Positions 1 through 15,900 of a stretch of DNA of 64,000 bases are shown here, piece by piece. The notes below the pieces were generated by a model. That model was not told where the DNA came from. It made no database searches and worked only from the letters and a program-made list of their open reading frames with translations. A program made the translations under genes and the position numbers. The stretch's first letter is position 1; the number at the start of each line of letters is the position of its first letter. Source of the stretch: Eledone cirrhosa (lineage: Eukaryota); assembly GCA_964016885.1 (NCBI GenBank), contig OZ024744.1, forward strand, positions 21,886,001 through 21,950,000, given 5' to 3'.

Positions 1-3000
1 ACAGGCACAACAGCTATGAGATCTTCAGACAAAAGAGGTGACAGGCACAACAGCTATGAGATCTTCAGACAGAAGAGGTGACAGCCACAACAGCTATGAC
101 ATCTTCAGACAGAAGAGGTGACAGGCACAACAGCTATGACATATTCAGACAGTTAGAAGAGGTAACAGCAACAACAGCTATGACATCTTCAGACAGTTAG
201 AAGAGGTGACAGGCACAACAGCTATGACATCTTTAGACAGTTGGAAGAGGTGACAGCCACAACAGTTATGACATCTCCAGACAGTTAGAAGAGGTGACAG
301 CCACAACAGCTATGTCATATTCAGACAGAAGAGGTGACAGGCACAACAGCTATGACATCTTCAGACAGTTAGAAGAGGTAACAGCAACAACAGCTATGAC
401 ATCTTCAGACAGTTAGAAGAGGTGACAGGCACAACAGCTGTGACATCTGTAGACAGTTGGAAGAGGTGACAGCCACAACAGCTATGACATCTTCAGACAG
501 TTAGAAGAGGTGACAGCCACAACAGCTATGACATCTTCAGACAGTTAGAAGAGGTGACACGAACAACAGCTATGACGTCTTCAGACAGTTAGAAGAGGTG
601 ACAGGCACAACAGCTATGTCATCTTCAGACAGTTAGAAGAGGTGACAGCAACAACAGCTATGACATCTTTAGACAGTTAGAAGCGGTGACAGCCACAACA
701 GCTATGACATATTCAGACAGTTAGAAGAGGTGACGGCAACAACAGCTATGAGATCTTCAGACTAAAGAGGTGACAGCCACAACAGCTATGACATCTTCAG
801 ACAAAAGAGCTGACAGGCACAACAGCTATGTGATCTTCAGACAGAAGAGGTGACAGCCACAACTGCTATGGCATCTTCAGACAGAAGAGGTGACAGGCAC
901 AACAGCTATGACATCTTCAGACAGTTAGAAGGGGGTGACAGCCTCAACAGCTATGACATCTTTAGACAGTAAGAAGAGGTGACAGCCACAACAGCTATGA
1001 CATATTTAGACAGTTAGAAGATTCGACAGCCACAACAGCTATGACATATTCAGACAGAAGAGGTGACAGGCACATCAGCTATGACATCTACAGACAGAAG
1101 AGGTGACAGCCACAACAGCTATGACATCTTCAGACAATTAGAAGAGGTGACAGCAACAACAGCTATGACATCTTCAGACAGTTAGAAGAGGTGACAGCCA
1201 CAACAGCTATGACGTCTTTAGACAGTTAGAAGAGGTGACAGTAACAACAGCTATGACATCTTCAGAAGTTAGAAGAGGTAACAGGCACAACAGCTATGAC
1301 ATCTTCAGACAGTTAGAAGAGGTGACAGCAACAACAGTTATGACATCTTCAGACAGAAGAGGTGACAGCTACAACAACTATGACATCTTCAGACAGTTAG
1401 AAGAGGTGACAGGCACAACAGCTATGACATCTTTAGACAGTTAGAAGAGGTGACAGCCACAACAGCTATGACATCTTCAGACAGAAGAGGTGACAGGCAC
1501 AACAGCTATGACATCTTCAGACAGTTAGAAGAGGTAACAGCAACAACAGCTATGACATCTTCAGACAGTTAGAAGAGGTGACAGGCACAACAGCTGTGAC
1601 ATCTGTAGACAGTTGGAAGAGGTGACAGCCACAACAGCTATGACATCTTCAGACAGTTAGAAGAGGTGACAGCCACAACAGCTATGACATCTTCAGACAG
1701 TTAGAAGAGGTGACAGGAACAACAGCTATGACGTCTTCAGACAGTTAGAAGAGGTGACAGGCACAACAGCTATGTCATCTTCAGACAGTTAGAAGAGGTG
1801 ACAGCAACAACAGCTATGACATCTTTAGACAGTTAGAAGCGGTGACAGCCACAACAGCTATGACATATTCAGACAGTTAGAAGAGGTGACGGCAACAACA
1901 GCTATGAGATCTTCAGACTGAAGAGGTGACAGCCACAACAGCTATGACATCTTCAGACAAAAGAGCTGACAGGCACAACAGCTATGTGATCTTCAGACAG
2001 ATGAGGTGACAGCCACAACTGCTATGGCATCTTCAGACAGAAGAGGTGACAGGCACAACAGCTATGACATCTTCAGACAGTTAGAAGGGGGTGACAGCCT
2101 CAACAGCTATGACATCTTTAGACAGTTAGAAGAGGTGGCAGCCACAACAGCTATGACATATTTAGACAGTTAGAAGATGTGACAGCCACAACAGCTATGA
2201 CATATTCAGACAGAAGAGGTGACAGGCACATCAGCTATGACATCTACAGACAGAAGAGGTGACAGCCACAACAGCTATGACATCTTCAGACAATTAGAAG
2301 AGGTGACAGCAACAACAGCTATGACATCTTCAGACAGTTAGAAGAGGTGACAGCCACAACAGCTATGACGTCTTTAGACAGTTAGAAGAGGTGACAGTAA
2401 CAACAGCTATGACATCTTCAGAAGTTAGAAGAGGTAACATGCACAACAGCTATGACATCTTCAGACAGTTAGAAGAGGTGACAGCAACAACAGCTATGAC
2501 ATCTTCAGACAGAAGATGTGACAGCTACAACAACTATAACATCTTCAGACAGTTAGAAGAGCTGACAGGCACAACAGCTATGACATCTTTAGACAGTTAG
2601 AAGAGCTGACAGCCACAACAGCTATGACATATTCAGACAGTTAGAAGAGGTGACAGGCACAACAGCTATGACATCTTCAGACAGTTAGAAGAGGTGACGG
2701 CAACAACAGCTATGAGATCTTCAGACAGTTAGAAGCGGTGACAGCCACAACAGCTATGACGTCTTTAGACAGTTAGAAGAGGTGACAGTAACAACAGCTA
2801 TGACATCTTCAGAAGTTAGAAGAGGTAACATGCACAACAGCTATGACATCTTCAGACAGTTAGAAGAGGTGACAGCAACAACAGCTATGACATCTTCAGA
2901 CAGAAGATGTGACAGCTACAACAACTATAACATCTTCAGACAGTTAGAAGAGCTGACAGGCACAACAGCTATGACATCTTTAGACAGTTAGAAGAGGTGA

Positions 3001-5899
3001 CAGCCACAACAGCTATGACATATTCAGACAGTTAGAAGAGGTGACAGGCACAACAGCTATGACATCTTCAGACAGTTAGAAGAGGTGACAGCCACAACAG
3101 CTATGAGATCTTCAGACAGAAGAGGTGACAGCCACAACAGCTATGACATCTTCAGAGAGAAGATGTGACAGGCACAACAGCTATGACATCTACAGACAGA
3201 AGAGGTGACAGCCACAAAAGCTATGACATATTCAGACAGTTAGAAGAGGTGACAGCCACAACTGCTATGACATCTTCAGACAGTTATAAGATGTGACAGC
3301 CACAACAGCTATGACATATTCAGACAGAAGAGGTGACATGCACAACAGCTATGACATCTTCAGACAGTTAGAAGAGGTAACAGCAACAACAGCTATGACA
3401 TCTTCAGACAGTTAGAAGAGGTGACAGGCACAACAGCTATGACATCTGTAGACAGTTGGAAGAGGTGACAGCCACAACAGCTATGACATCTTCAGACAGT
3501 TAGAAGAGGTGACAGCCACAACAGCTATGACATATTCAGACAGTTAGAAGAGGTGACAGGAACAACAGCTATGACGTCTTCAGACAGTTAGAAGAGGTGA
3601 CAGGCACAACAGCTATGTCATCTTCAGACAGTTAGAAGCGGTGACAGCCACAACAGCTATGACATATTCAGACAGTTAGAAGAGGTGACGGCAACAACAG
3701 CTATGACATCTTCAGACTGAAGAGGTGACAGCCACAACAGCTATGACATCTTCAGACAGAAGAGCTGACAGGCACAACAGCTATGTGATCTTCAGACAGA
3801 AGAGGTGACAGCCACAACTGCTATGACATCTTCAGACAGAAGAGGTGACAGGCACAACAGCTATGACATCTTCAGACAGTTAGAAGGGGGTGACAGCCTC
3901 AACAGCTATGACATCTTTAGACAGTTAGAAGAGGTGACATGCACAACAGCTATGACATCTTTAGACAGTTAGAAGAGGTGACAGCCACCACAGCTATGAT
4001 ATATTCAGACAGAAGAGGTGACAGCCACAACAACTATGACATCTTCAGACAGTTAGAAGAGCTGACAGGCACAACAGCTATGACATCTTTAGACAGTTAG
4101 AAGAGGTGACAGCCACAACAGCTATGACATATTCAGACAGTTAGAAGAGGTGACGGCAACAACAGCTATGAGATCTTCAGACAGAAGAGGTGACAGCCAC
4201 AACAGCTATGACATCTTCAGAGAGAAGAGGTGACAGGCACTACAGCTATGACATCTACAGACAGAAGAGGTGACAGCCACAACAGCTATGACATATTCAG
4301 ACAGAAGAGGTGACAGGCACAACAGCTATGACATCTTCAGACAGTTAGAAGAGGTAACAGCAACAACAGCTATGACATCTTCAGACAGTTAGAAGAGGTG
4401 ACAGGCACAACAGCTATGACATCTTTAGACAGTTAGAAGAGGTGACAGCCACCACAGCTATGATATATTCAGACAGTTAGAAGAGTTGACAGGCACAACA
4501 GCTATGACATCTTCAGACAGTTAGAAGAGGTGACAGCCGCAACAGCTATGACATCTTTAGACAGTTAGAAGAGGTTACAGGAACAACAGCTATGACATCT
4601 TCAGAAAGAAGAGGTGACAGGCACAACAGCTATGACATCTACAGACAGAAGAGGTGACAGCCACAACAGCTATGGCATATTCAGACAGTTAGAAGAGGTG
4701 ACAGGCACATCAGCTATGACATCTACAGACAGAAGAGATGACAGCCACAACAGCTATGACATCTTCAGACAATTAGAAGAGGTGACAGCAACAACAGCTA
4801 TGACATCTTCAGACGGTTAGAAGAGGTGACAGCCACAACAGCTATGACGTCTTTAGACAGTTAGAAGAGGTGACAGTAACAACAGCTATGACATCTTCAG
4901 AAGTTAGAAGAGGTAACAGGCACAACAGCTATGACATCTTCAGACAGTTAGAAGAGGTGACAGCAACAACAGCTATGACATCTTCAGACAGAAGAGGTGA
5001 CAGCTACAACAACTATGACATCTTCAGACAGTTAGAAGAGCTGACAGGCACAACAGCTATGACATCTTTAGACAGTTAGAAGAGGTGACAGCCACAACAG
5101 CTATGACATATTCAGACAGTTAGAAGAGGTGACAGGCACAACAGCTATGACATCTTCAGACAGTTAGAAGAGGTGACGGCAACAACAGCTATGAGATCTT
5201 CAGACAGAAGAGGTGACAGCCACAACAGCTATGACATCTTCAGAGAGAAGAGGTGACAGGCACAACAGCTATGACATCTACAGACAGAAGAGGTGACAGC
5301 CACAACAGCTATGACATATTCAGACAGTTAGAAGAGGTGACAGCCACAACTGCTATGACATCTTCAGACAGTTATAAGATGTGACAGCCACAACAGCTAT
5401 GACATATTCAGACAGAAGAGGTGACATGCACAACAGCTATGACATCTTCAGACAGTTAGAAGAGGTAACAGCAACAACAGCTATGACATCTTCAGACAGT
5501 TAGAAGAGGTGACAGGCACAACAGCTATGACATCTACAGACAGAAGAGGTGACAGCCACAACAGCTATGACATATTCAGACAGTTAGAAGAGGTGACAGC
5601 CACAACTGCTATGACATCTTCAGACAGTTATAAGATGTGACAGCCACAACAGCTATGACATATTCAGACAGAAGAGGTGACATGCACAACAGCTATGACA
5701 TCTTCAGACAGTTAGAAGAGGTAACAGCAACAACAGCTATGACATCTTCAGACAGTTAGAAGAGGTGACAGGCACAACAGCTATGACATCTTTAGACAGT
5801 TGGAAGAGGTGACAGCCACAACAGCTATGACATCTTCAGACAGTTAGAAGAGGTGACAGCAACAACAGCTATGACATCTTTAGACAGTTAGAAGCGGTG

Positions 5900-8800
5900 A
5901 CAGCCACAACAGCTATGACATATTCAGACAGTTAGAAGAGGTGACGGCAACCACAGCTATGAGATCTTCAGACTGAAGAGGTGGCAGCCACAACAGCTAT
6001 GACATCTTCAGACAAAAGAGGTGACAGGCACAACAGCTATGAGATCTTCAGACAGAAGAGGTGACAGCCACAACAGCTATGACATCTTCAGACAGAAGAG
6101 GTGACAGGCACAACAGCTATGACATATTCAGACAGTTAGAAGAGGTAACAGCAACAACAGCTATGACATCTTCAGACAGTTAGAAGAGGTGACAGGCACA
6201 ACAGCTATGACATCTTTAGACAGTTGGAAGAGGTGACAGCCACAACAGCTATGACATCTCCAGACAGTTAGAAGAGGTGACAGGAACAACAGCTATGACA
6301 TCTTCAGACAGTTAGAAGAGGTGACAGGAACAACAGCTATGACGTCTTCAGACAGTTAGAAGAGGTGACAGGCACAACAGCTATGTCATCTTCAGACAGT
6401 TAGAAGAGGTGACAGCAACAACAGCTATGACATCTTTGGACAGTTAGAAGCGGTGACAGCCACAACAGCTATGACATATTCAGACAGTTAGAAGAGGTGA
6501 CGGCAACAACAGCTATGAGATCTTCAGACTGAAGAGGTGACAGCCACAACTGCTATGACATCTTCAGACAGAAGAGGTGACAGGCACAACAGCTATGACA
6601 TCTTCAGACAGGTAGAAGAGGTGACAGCAACAACAGCTATGACATCTTCAGACAGAAGAGGTGACAGCCACAACAGCTATGACATCTTTAGACAGTTAGA
6701 AGAGGTGACAGCCACGACAGCTATGAGATATTCAGACAGTTAGAAGAGATGACAGGCACAACAGCTATGACATCTTCAGACAGTTAGAAGAGGTGACAGC
6801 CACAACAGCTATGACATAATTAGACAATTAGAAGAGGTGACAGGAAGAACAGCTATGACATCTACAGACAGTTAGAAGAGGTGACAGGCACAACAGCTAT
6901 GACATCTTCAGACAGTTAGAAGAGGTGACAGCCACAACAGCTATGACGTCTTTAGACAGTTAGAAGAGGTGACAGTAACAACAGCTATGACATCTTCAGA
7001 AGTTAGAAGAGGTAACAGGCACAACAGCTATGACATCTTCAGACAGTTAGAAGAGGTGACAGCAACAACAAGCTATGACATCTTCAGACAGTTAGAAGAG
7101 GTGACAGCAACAACAGCTATGACATCCTCAGACAGAAGAGGTGACAGCCACAACAACTATGACATCTTCAGACAGTTAGAAGAGCTGACAGGCACAACAG
7201 CTATGACATCTTTAGACAGTTAGAAGAGGTGACAGCCACAACAGCTATGACATATTCAGACAGTTAGAAGAGGTGACAGGCACAACAGCTATGACATCTT
7301 CAGACAGTTAGAAGAGGTGACGGCAACAACAGCTATGAGATCTTCTGACAGAAGAGGTGACAGCCACAACAGCTATGACATCTTCAGAGAGAAGAGGTGA
7401 CAGGCACAACAGCTATGACATCTACAGACAGAAGAGGTGACAGCCACAACAGCTATGACATATTCAGACAGAAGAGGTGACAGGCACAACAGCTATGACA
7501 TCTTCAGACAGTTAGAAGAGGTAACAGCAACAACAGCTATGACATCTTCAGACAGTTAGAAGAGGTGACAGGCACAACAGCTATGACATCTTTAGACAGT
7601 TGGAAGAGGTGACAGCCACAACAGCTATGACATCTTCAGGCAGTTAGAAGAGGTGACAGGCACAACAGCTATGTCATCTTCAGACAGTTAGAAGAGGTGA
7701 CAGCAACAACAGCTATGACATCTTTAGACAGTTAGAAGCGGTGACAGCCACAACAGCTATGACATATTCAGACAGTTAGAAGAGGTGACGGCAACAACAG
7801 CTATGAGATCTTCAGACTGAAGAGGTGACAGCCACAAGAGCTATGACATCTTCAGACAAAAGAGGTGACAGGCACAACAGCTACGAGATCTTCAGGCAGA
7901 AGAGGTGACAGCCACAACAGCTATGACATCTTCAGACAGTTAGAAGAGGTGACAGCAACAACAGCTATGACATCTTCAGACAGTTAGAAGAGGTGACAGG
8001 CACAACAGCTATGACATCTTTAGACAGTTATAAGATGTGACAGCCACAACAGCTATGACATATTCAGAGAGAAGAGGTGACAGGCACAACAGCTATGACA
8101 TCTACAGACAGAAGAGGTGACAGCCACAACAGCTATGACATCTTCAGACAGTTAGAAGAGGTGACAGGAACAACAGCTATGACGTCTTCAGACAGTTAGA
8201 AGAGGTGACAGGCACAACAGCTATGACATCTTCAGACAGTTAGAAGAGGTGACAGGCACAACAGCTATGACATCTTTAGACAGTTAGAAGAGGTGACAGC
8301 CACAACAGCTATGACATATTCAGACAGTTAGAAGAGGTGACAGCTACAACAGCTATGACATCTTCAGACAGTTAGAAGAGGTGACAGGCACAACAGCTAT
8401 GACATCTTCAGACAGTTAGAAGAGGTGACAGGCACAACAGCTATGACATCTTCAGACAGTTAGAAGAGGTGACAGCAACAACAGTTATGACATCTTCAGA
8501 CAGTTAGAAGAGGTGACAGCCACAACAGCTATGACATCTTCAGACAGTTAGAAGAGGTTACAGGAACAACAGCTATGACGTCTTCAGGCAGTTAGAAGAG
8601 GTGACAGGCACAACAGCTATGTCATCTTCAGACAGTTAGAAGAGGTGACAGCAACAACAGCTATGACATCTTTAGACAGTTAGAAGCGGTGACAGCCACA
8701 ACAGCTATGACATATTCAGACAGTTAGAAGAGGTGACAGGAACAACAGCTATGAGGTCTTCAGACTGAAGAGGTGACAGCCACAAGAGCTATGACATCTT

Positions 8801-11800
8801 CAGACAAAAGAGGTGACAGGCACAACAGCTATGAGATCTTCAGACAGAAGGGGTGACAGCCACAACAGCTATGACATCTTCAGACAGAAGAGGTGACAGG
8901 CACAACAGTTATGACATATTCAGACAGTTAGAAGAGGTGACAGCCGCAATAGCTATGACATCTTCAGACAGTTATAAGATGTGACAGCCACAACAGCTAT
9001 GACATATTCAGACAGAAGAGGTGACAGGCACAACAGCTATGACATCTACAGACAGAAGAGGTGACAGCCACAACAGCTATGACATCTTCAGACAGTTAGA
9101 AGAGGTGACAGCAACAACAGCTATGACATCTTCAGACAGTTAGAAGAGGTGACAGGAACAACAGCTATGACATCTTCAGACAGTTAGAAGAGGTGACAGG
9201 CACAACAGCTATGACATCTTCAGACAGTTAGAAGAGGTGACAGCAACAACAGTTATGACGTCTTCAGACAGTTAGAAGAGGTGACAGCCACAACAGCTAT
9301 GACGTCTTTAGACAGTTAGAAGAGGTGACAGCAACAACAGATATGACATTTTCAGACAGTTAGAAGAGGTGACAGGCACAACAGCTATGACATATTCAGA
9401 CAGTTAGAAGAGGTGACGGCAACCACAGCTATGAGATCTTCAGACTGAAGAGGTGGCAGCCACAACAGCTATGACATCTTCAGACAAAAGAGGTGACAGG
9501 CACAACAGCTATGAGATCTTCAGACAGAAGAGGTGACAGGCACAACAGCTATGACATCTTCAGACAGAAGAGGTGACAGGCACAACAGCTATGAAATACT
9601 CAGACAGTTAGAAGAGGTAACAGCAACAACAGCTATGACATCTTCAGACAGTTAGAAGAGGTGACAGGCACAACAGCTATGACATCTTTAGACAGTTGGA
9701 AGAGTTGACAGCCACAACAGCTATGACATCTCCAGACATTTAGAAGAAGTGACAGGAACAACAGCTATGACATCTTCAGACAGTTAGAAGAGGTGACAGG
9801 AACAACAGCTATGACGTCTTCAGACAGTTAGAAGAGGTGACAGGCACAACAGCTATGTCATCTTCAGACAGTTAGAAGAGGTGACAGCAACAACAGCTAT
9901 GACATCTTTAGACAGTTAGAAGCGGTGACAGCCACAACAGCTATGACATATTCAGACAGTTAGAAGAGGTGACGGCAACAACAGCTATGAGATCTTCAGA
10001 CTGAAGAGGTGACAGCCACAACTGCTATGACATCTTCAGACAGAAGAGGTGACAGGCACAACAGCTATGACATCTTCAGACAGGTAGAAGAGGTGACAGC
10101 AACAACAGCTATGACATCTTCAGACAGAAGAGGTGACAGCCACAACAGCTATGACATCTTTAGACAGTTAGAAGAGGTGACAGCCACGACAGCTATGAGA
10201 TATTCAGACAGTTAGAAGAGGTGACAGGCACAACAGCTATGACATCTTCAGACAGTTAGAAGAGGTGACAGCCACAACAGCTATGACATAATTAGACAGT
10301 TAGAAGAGGTGACAGGAAGAACAGCTATGACATCTACAGACAGTTAGAAGAGGTGACAGGCACAACAGCTATGACATCTTCAGACAGTTAGAAGAGGTGA
10401 CAGGCACAACAGCTATGACATCTTCAGACAGTTATAAGAGGTGACAGCAACAACAGTTATGACATCTTCAGAAGTTAGAAGAGGTAACAGGCACAACAGC
10501 TATGACATCTTCAGACAGTTAGAAGAGGTGACAGGCACAACAGCTATGACATCCTCAGACAGAAGAGGTGACAGCAACAACAGCTATGACATCCTCAGAC
10601 AGAAGAGGTGACAGCCACAACAACTATGACATCTTCAGACAGTTAGAAGAGCTGACAGGCACAACAGCTATGACATCTTTAGACAGTTAGAAGAGGTGAC
10701 AGCCACAACAGCTATGACATATTCAGACAGTTAGAAGAGGTGACAGGCACAACAGCTATGACATCTTCAGACAGTTAGAAGAGGTGACGGCAACAACAGC
10801 TATGAGATCTTCCGACAGAAGAGGTGACAGCCACAACAGCTATGACATCTTCAGAGAGAAGAGGTGACAGGCACAACAGCTATGACATCTACAGACAGAA
10901 GAGGTGACAGCCACAACAGCTATGACATATTCAGACAGAAGAGGTGACAGGCACAACAGCTATGACATCTTCAGACAGTTAGAAGAGGTAACAGCAACAA
11001 CAGCTATGACATCTTCAGACAGTTAGAAGAGGTGACAGGCACAACAGCTATGACATCTTTAGACAGTTGGAAGAGGTGACAGCCACAACAGCTATGACAT
11101 CTTCAGACAGTTAGAAGAGGTGACAGCCACAACAGCTATGTCATCTTCAGACAGTTAGACGAGGTGACAGGAACAACAGCTATGACGTCTTCAGGCAGTT
11201 AGAAGAGGTGACAGGCACAACAGCTATGTCATCTTCAGACAGTTAGAAGAGGTGACAGCAACAGCAGCTATGACATCTTTAGACAGTTAGAAGCGGTGAC
11301 AGCCACAACAGCTATGACATATTCAGACAGTTAGAAGAGGTGACGGCAACAACAGCTATGAGATCTTCAGACTGAAGAGGTGACAGCCACAAGAGCTATG
11401 ACATCTTCAGACAAAAGAGGTGACAGGCACAACAGCTATGAGATCTTCAGACAGTTAGAAGAGGTGACAGCAACAACAGCTATGACATCTTCAGACAGTT
11501 AGAAGAGGTGACAGGCACAACAGCTATGACATCTTTAGACAGTTATAAGATGTGACAGCCACAACAGCTATGACATATTCAGACAGAAGAGGTGACAGGC
11601 ACAACAGCTATGACATCTTCAGACAGTTAGAAGAGGTGACAGCAACAACAGCTATGACATCTTCAGACAGTTAGAAGAGGTGACAGGAACAACAGCTATG
11701 ACGTCTTCAGACAGTTAGAAGAGGTGACAGGCACAACAGCTATGACATCTTCAGAGAGTTAGAAGAGGTGACAGGCACAACAGCTATGACATCTTTAGAC

Positions 11801-12900
11801 AGTTAGAAGAGGTGACAGCCACAACAGCTATGACATATTCAGACAGTTAGAAGAGGTGACAGCCACAACAGCTATGACATCTTCAGACAGTTAGAAGAGG
11901 TGACAGGCACAACAGCTATGACATCTTCAGACAGTTAGAAGAGGTGACAGGCACAACAGCTATGACATCTTCAGACAGTTAGAAGAGGTGACAGCAACAA
12001 CAGTTATGACATCTTCAGACAGTTAGAAGAGGTGACAGCCACAACAGCTATGACATCTTCAGACAGTTAGAAGAGGCGACAGGAACAACAGCTATGACGT
12101 CTTCAGGCAGTTAGAAGAGGTGACAGGCACAACAGCTATGTCATCTTCAGACAGTTAGAAGAGGTGACAGCAACAACAGCTATGACATCTTTAGACAGTT
12201 AGAAGCGGTGACAGCCACAACAGCTATGACATATTCAGACAGTGAGAAGAGGTGACGGCAACAACAGCTATGAGGTCTTCAGACTGAAGAGGTGACAGCC
12301 ACAAGAGCTATGACATCTTCAGACAAAAGAGGTGACAGGCACAACAGCTATGAGATCTTCAGACAGAAGGGGTGACAGCCACAACAGCTATGACATCTTC
12401 AGACAGAAGAGTTGACAGGCACAACAGTTATGACATCTTCAGACAGATATAAGATGTGACAGCCACAACAGCTATGACATATTCAGACAGAAGAGGTGAC
12501 AGGCACAACAGCTATGACATCTACAGACAGAAGAGGTGACAGCCACAACAGCTATGACATCTTCAGGCAGTTAGAAGAGGTGACAGCAACAACAGCTATG
12601 ACATCTTCTGACAGTTAGAAGAGGTGACAGGAACAACAGCTATGACATCTTCAGACAGTTAGAAGAGGTGACAGGCACAACAGCTATGACATCTTCAGAC
12701 AGTTAGAAGAGGTGACAGGCACAACAGCTATGACATCTTCAGACAGTTAGAAGAGGTGACAGCAACAACAGTTATGACATCTTCAGACAGTTAGAAGAGG
12801 TGACAGCCAAAACAGCTATGACGTCTTTAGACAGTTAGAAGAGGTGACAGCAACAACAGCTATGACATTTTCAGACAGTTAGAAGAGGTGACAGGCACAA
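5900..12900. repeat. ~3.5-kb tandem duplication inside the satellite
   Basis: The rare variant GACGGCAACCACAG...GTGGCAGCC occurs at 5951 and 9423, and identical ORF artefacts start at 6537 and 10009. Both offsets are 3472. Boundaries are approximate. Confidence 0.8.
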
Positions 12901-15900
12901 CAGCTATGACATATTCAGACAGTTAGAAGAGGTGACAGGAACAACAGCTATGACATCTTCAGACAGTTAGAAGAGGTGACAGGCACAACAGCTATGACAT
13001 CTTCAGACAGTTAGAAGAGGTGACAGGCACAACAGCTATGACATCTTCAGACAGTTAGAAGAGGTGACAGCAACAACAGTTATGACATCTTCAGACAGTT
13101 AGAAGAGGTGACAGCCACAACAGCTATGACGTCTTTAGACAGTTAGAAGAGGTGACAGTAACAACAGCTATGACATCTTCAGAAGTTAGAAGAGGTAACA
13201 GGCACAACAGCTATGACATCTTCAGACAGTTAGAAGAGGTGACAGCAACAACAGCTCTGACATCTTCAGACAGAAGGGGTGACAGCCACAACAACTATGA
13301 CATCTTTAGACAGTTAGAAGAGCTGACAGGCACAACAGCTATGACATCTTCAGACAGTTAGAAGAGGTGACAGGAACAACAGCTATGACGTCTTCAGACA
13401 GTTAGAAGAGGTGACATGCACAACAGCTATGACATCTTCAGACAGTTAGAAGAGGTGACGGCAACAACAGCTATGAGATCTTCAGACAGTTAGAAGAGGT
13501 GACAGGCACAACAACTATGACATCTTCAGACAGTTAGAAGAGGTGACGGCAACAACAGCTATGACATTTTCAGACAGTTAGAAGAGGTGACAGGCACAAC
13601 AGCTATGACATCTTCAGACAGTTAGAAGAGGTAACAGCAACACCAGCTATGACATTTTCAGACAGTTAGAAGAGGTGACAGGCACAACAGCTATGACATC
13701 TTTAGACAGTTGGAAGAGGTGACAGCCACAACAGCTAAGACATCTTCAGACAGTTAGAAGAGGTGACAGCCACAGCAGCTATGACATCTTCAGACAGTTA
13801 GAAGAGGTGACAGCAACAACAGCTATGACGTCTTCAGACAGTTAGAAGAGGTGACAGGCACAACAGCTATGTCATCTTCAGACAGTTAGAAGAGGTGACA
13901 GCAACAACAGCTATGACATCTTTAGACAGTTAGAAGCGGTGACAGCCACAACAGCTATGACATATTCAGACAGTTAGAAGAGGTGACGGCAACAACAGCT
14001 ATGAGATCTTCAGACTGAAGAGGTGACAGCCACAACAGCTATGACATATTCAGACAAAAGAGGTGACAGGCACAACAGCTATGAGATCTTCAGACAGAAG
14101 AGGTGACAGCCACAACAGCTATGACATCTTCAGACAGAAGAGGTGACAGGCACAACAGCTATGACATATTCAGACAGTTAGAAGAGGTGACAGCCACAAC
14201 AGCTATGACATCTTCAGACAGTTATAAGATGTGACAGCCACAACAGCTATGACATATTCAGACAGAAGAGCTGACAGCCACAACAGCTATGACATCTTCA
14301 GACAGTTAGAAGAGGTGACAGCAACAACAGCTATGACATCTTCAGACAGTTAGAAGAGGTGACAGGCACAACAGCTATGACATCTTTAGACAGTTAGAAG
14401 AGGTGACAGCCACAACAGCTATGACATCTTTAGACAGTTAGTAGAGGTGACAGGAACAACAGCTATGACGTCTTCAGACAGTTAGAAGAGGTGACAGGCA
14501 CAACAGCTATGACATCTTTAGACAGTTGGAAGAGGTGACAGCCACAACAGCTATGACATCTCCAGACAGTTAGAAGAGGTGACAGCCACAACAACTATGA
14601 CATCTTCAGACAGAAGAGGTGACAGGCACAACAGCTATGACATATTCAGACAGTTAGAAGAAGTAACAGCAACAACAGCTATGACATCTTCAGACAGTTA
14701 GAAGAGGTGACAGGCACAACAGCTATGACATCTTTAGACAGTTGGAAGAGGTGACAGCCACAAGAGCTATGACATCTCCAGACAGTTAGAAGAGGTGACA
14801 GCCACAACAGCTATGACATCTTCAGACAGAAGAGGTGACAGGCACAACAGCTATGACATCTTCAGACAGTTAGAAGAGGTAACAGCAACAACAGCTATGA
14901 CATCTTCAGACAGTTAGAAGAGGTGACAGGCACAACAGCTGTGACATCTGTAGACAGTTGGAAGAGGTGACAGCCACAACAGCTATGACATCTTCAGACA
15001 GTTAGAAGAGGTGACAGCCACAACAGCTATGACATCTTCAGACAGTTAGAAGAGGTGACAGGAACAACAGCTATGACATCTTCAGACAGTTAGAAGAGGT
15101 GACAGGCACAACAGCTATGACATCTTCAGACAGTTAGAAGGGGTGACAGGCACAACAGCTATGACATCTTCAGACAGTTAGAAGAGGTGACAGCAACAAC
15201 AGTTATGACATCTTCAGACAGTTAGAAGAGGTGACAGCCACAACAGCTATGACGTCTTTAGACAGTTAGAAGAGGTGACAGCAACAACAGCTATGACATT
15301 TTCAGACAGTTAGAAGAGGTGACAGGCACAACAGCTATGACATATTCAGACAGTTAGAAGAGGTGACAGGAACAACAGCTATGACATCTTCAGACAGTTA
15401 GAAGAGGTGACAGGCACAACAGCTATGACATCTTCAGACAGTTAGAAGAGGTGACAGGCACAACAGCTATGACATCTTCAGACAGTTAGAAGAGGTGACA
15501 GCCACAACAGCTATGACATCTTCAGACAGTTAGAAGAGGTGACAGCAACAACAGCTCTGACATCTTCAGACAGAAGGGGTGACAGCCACAACAACTATGA
15601 CATCTTTAGACAGTTAGAAGAGCTGACAGGCACAACAACTATGACATCTTTAGACAGTTAGAAGAGGTGACAGCCACAACAGCTATGACATATTCAGACA
15701 GTTAGAAGAGGTGACAGGCACAACAGCTATGACATCTTCAGACACTTAGAAGAGGTGACGGCAACAACAGCTATGAGATCTTCAGACAGAAGAGGTGACA
15801 GCCACAACAGCTATGACATCTTCAGAGAGAAGAGGTGACAGGCACAACAGCTATGACATCTACAGACAGAAGAGGTGACAGCCACAACAGCTATGACATA

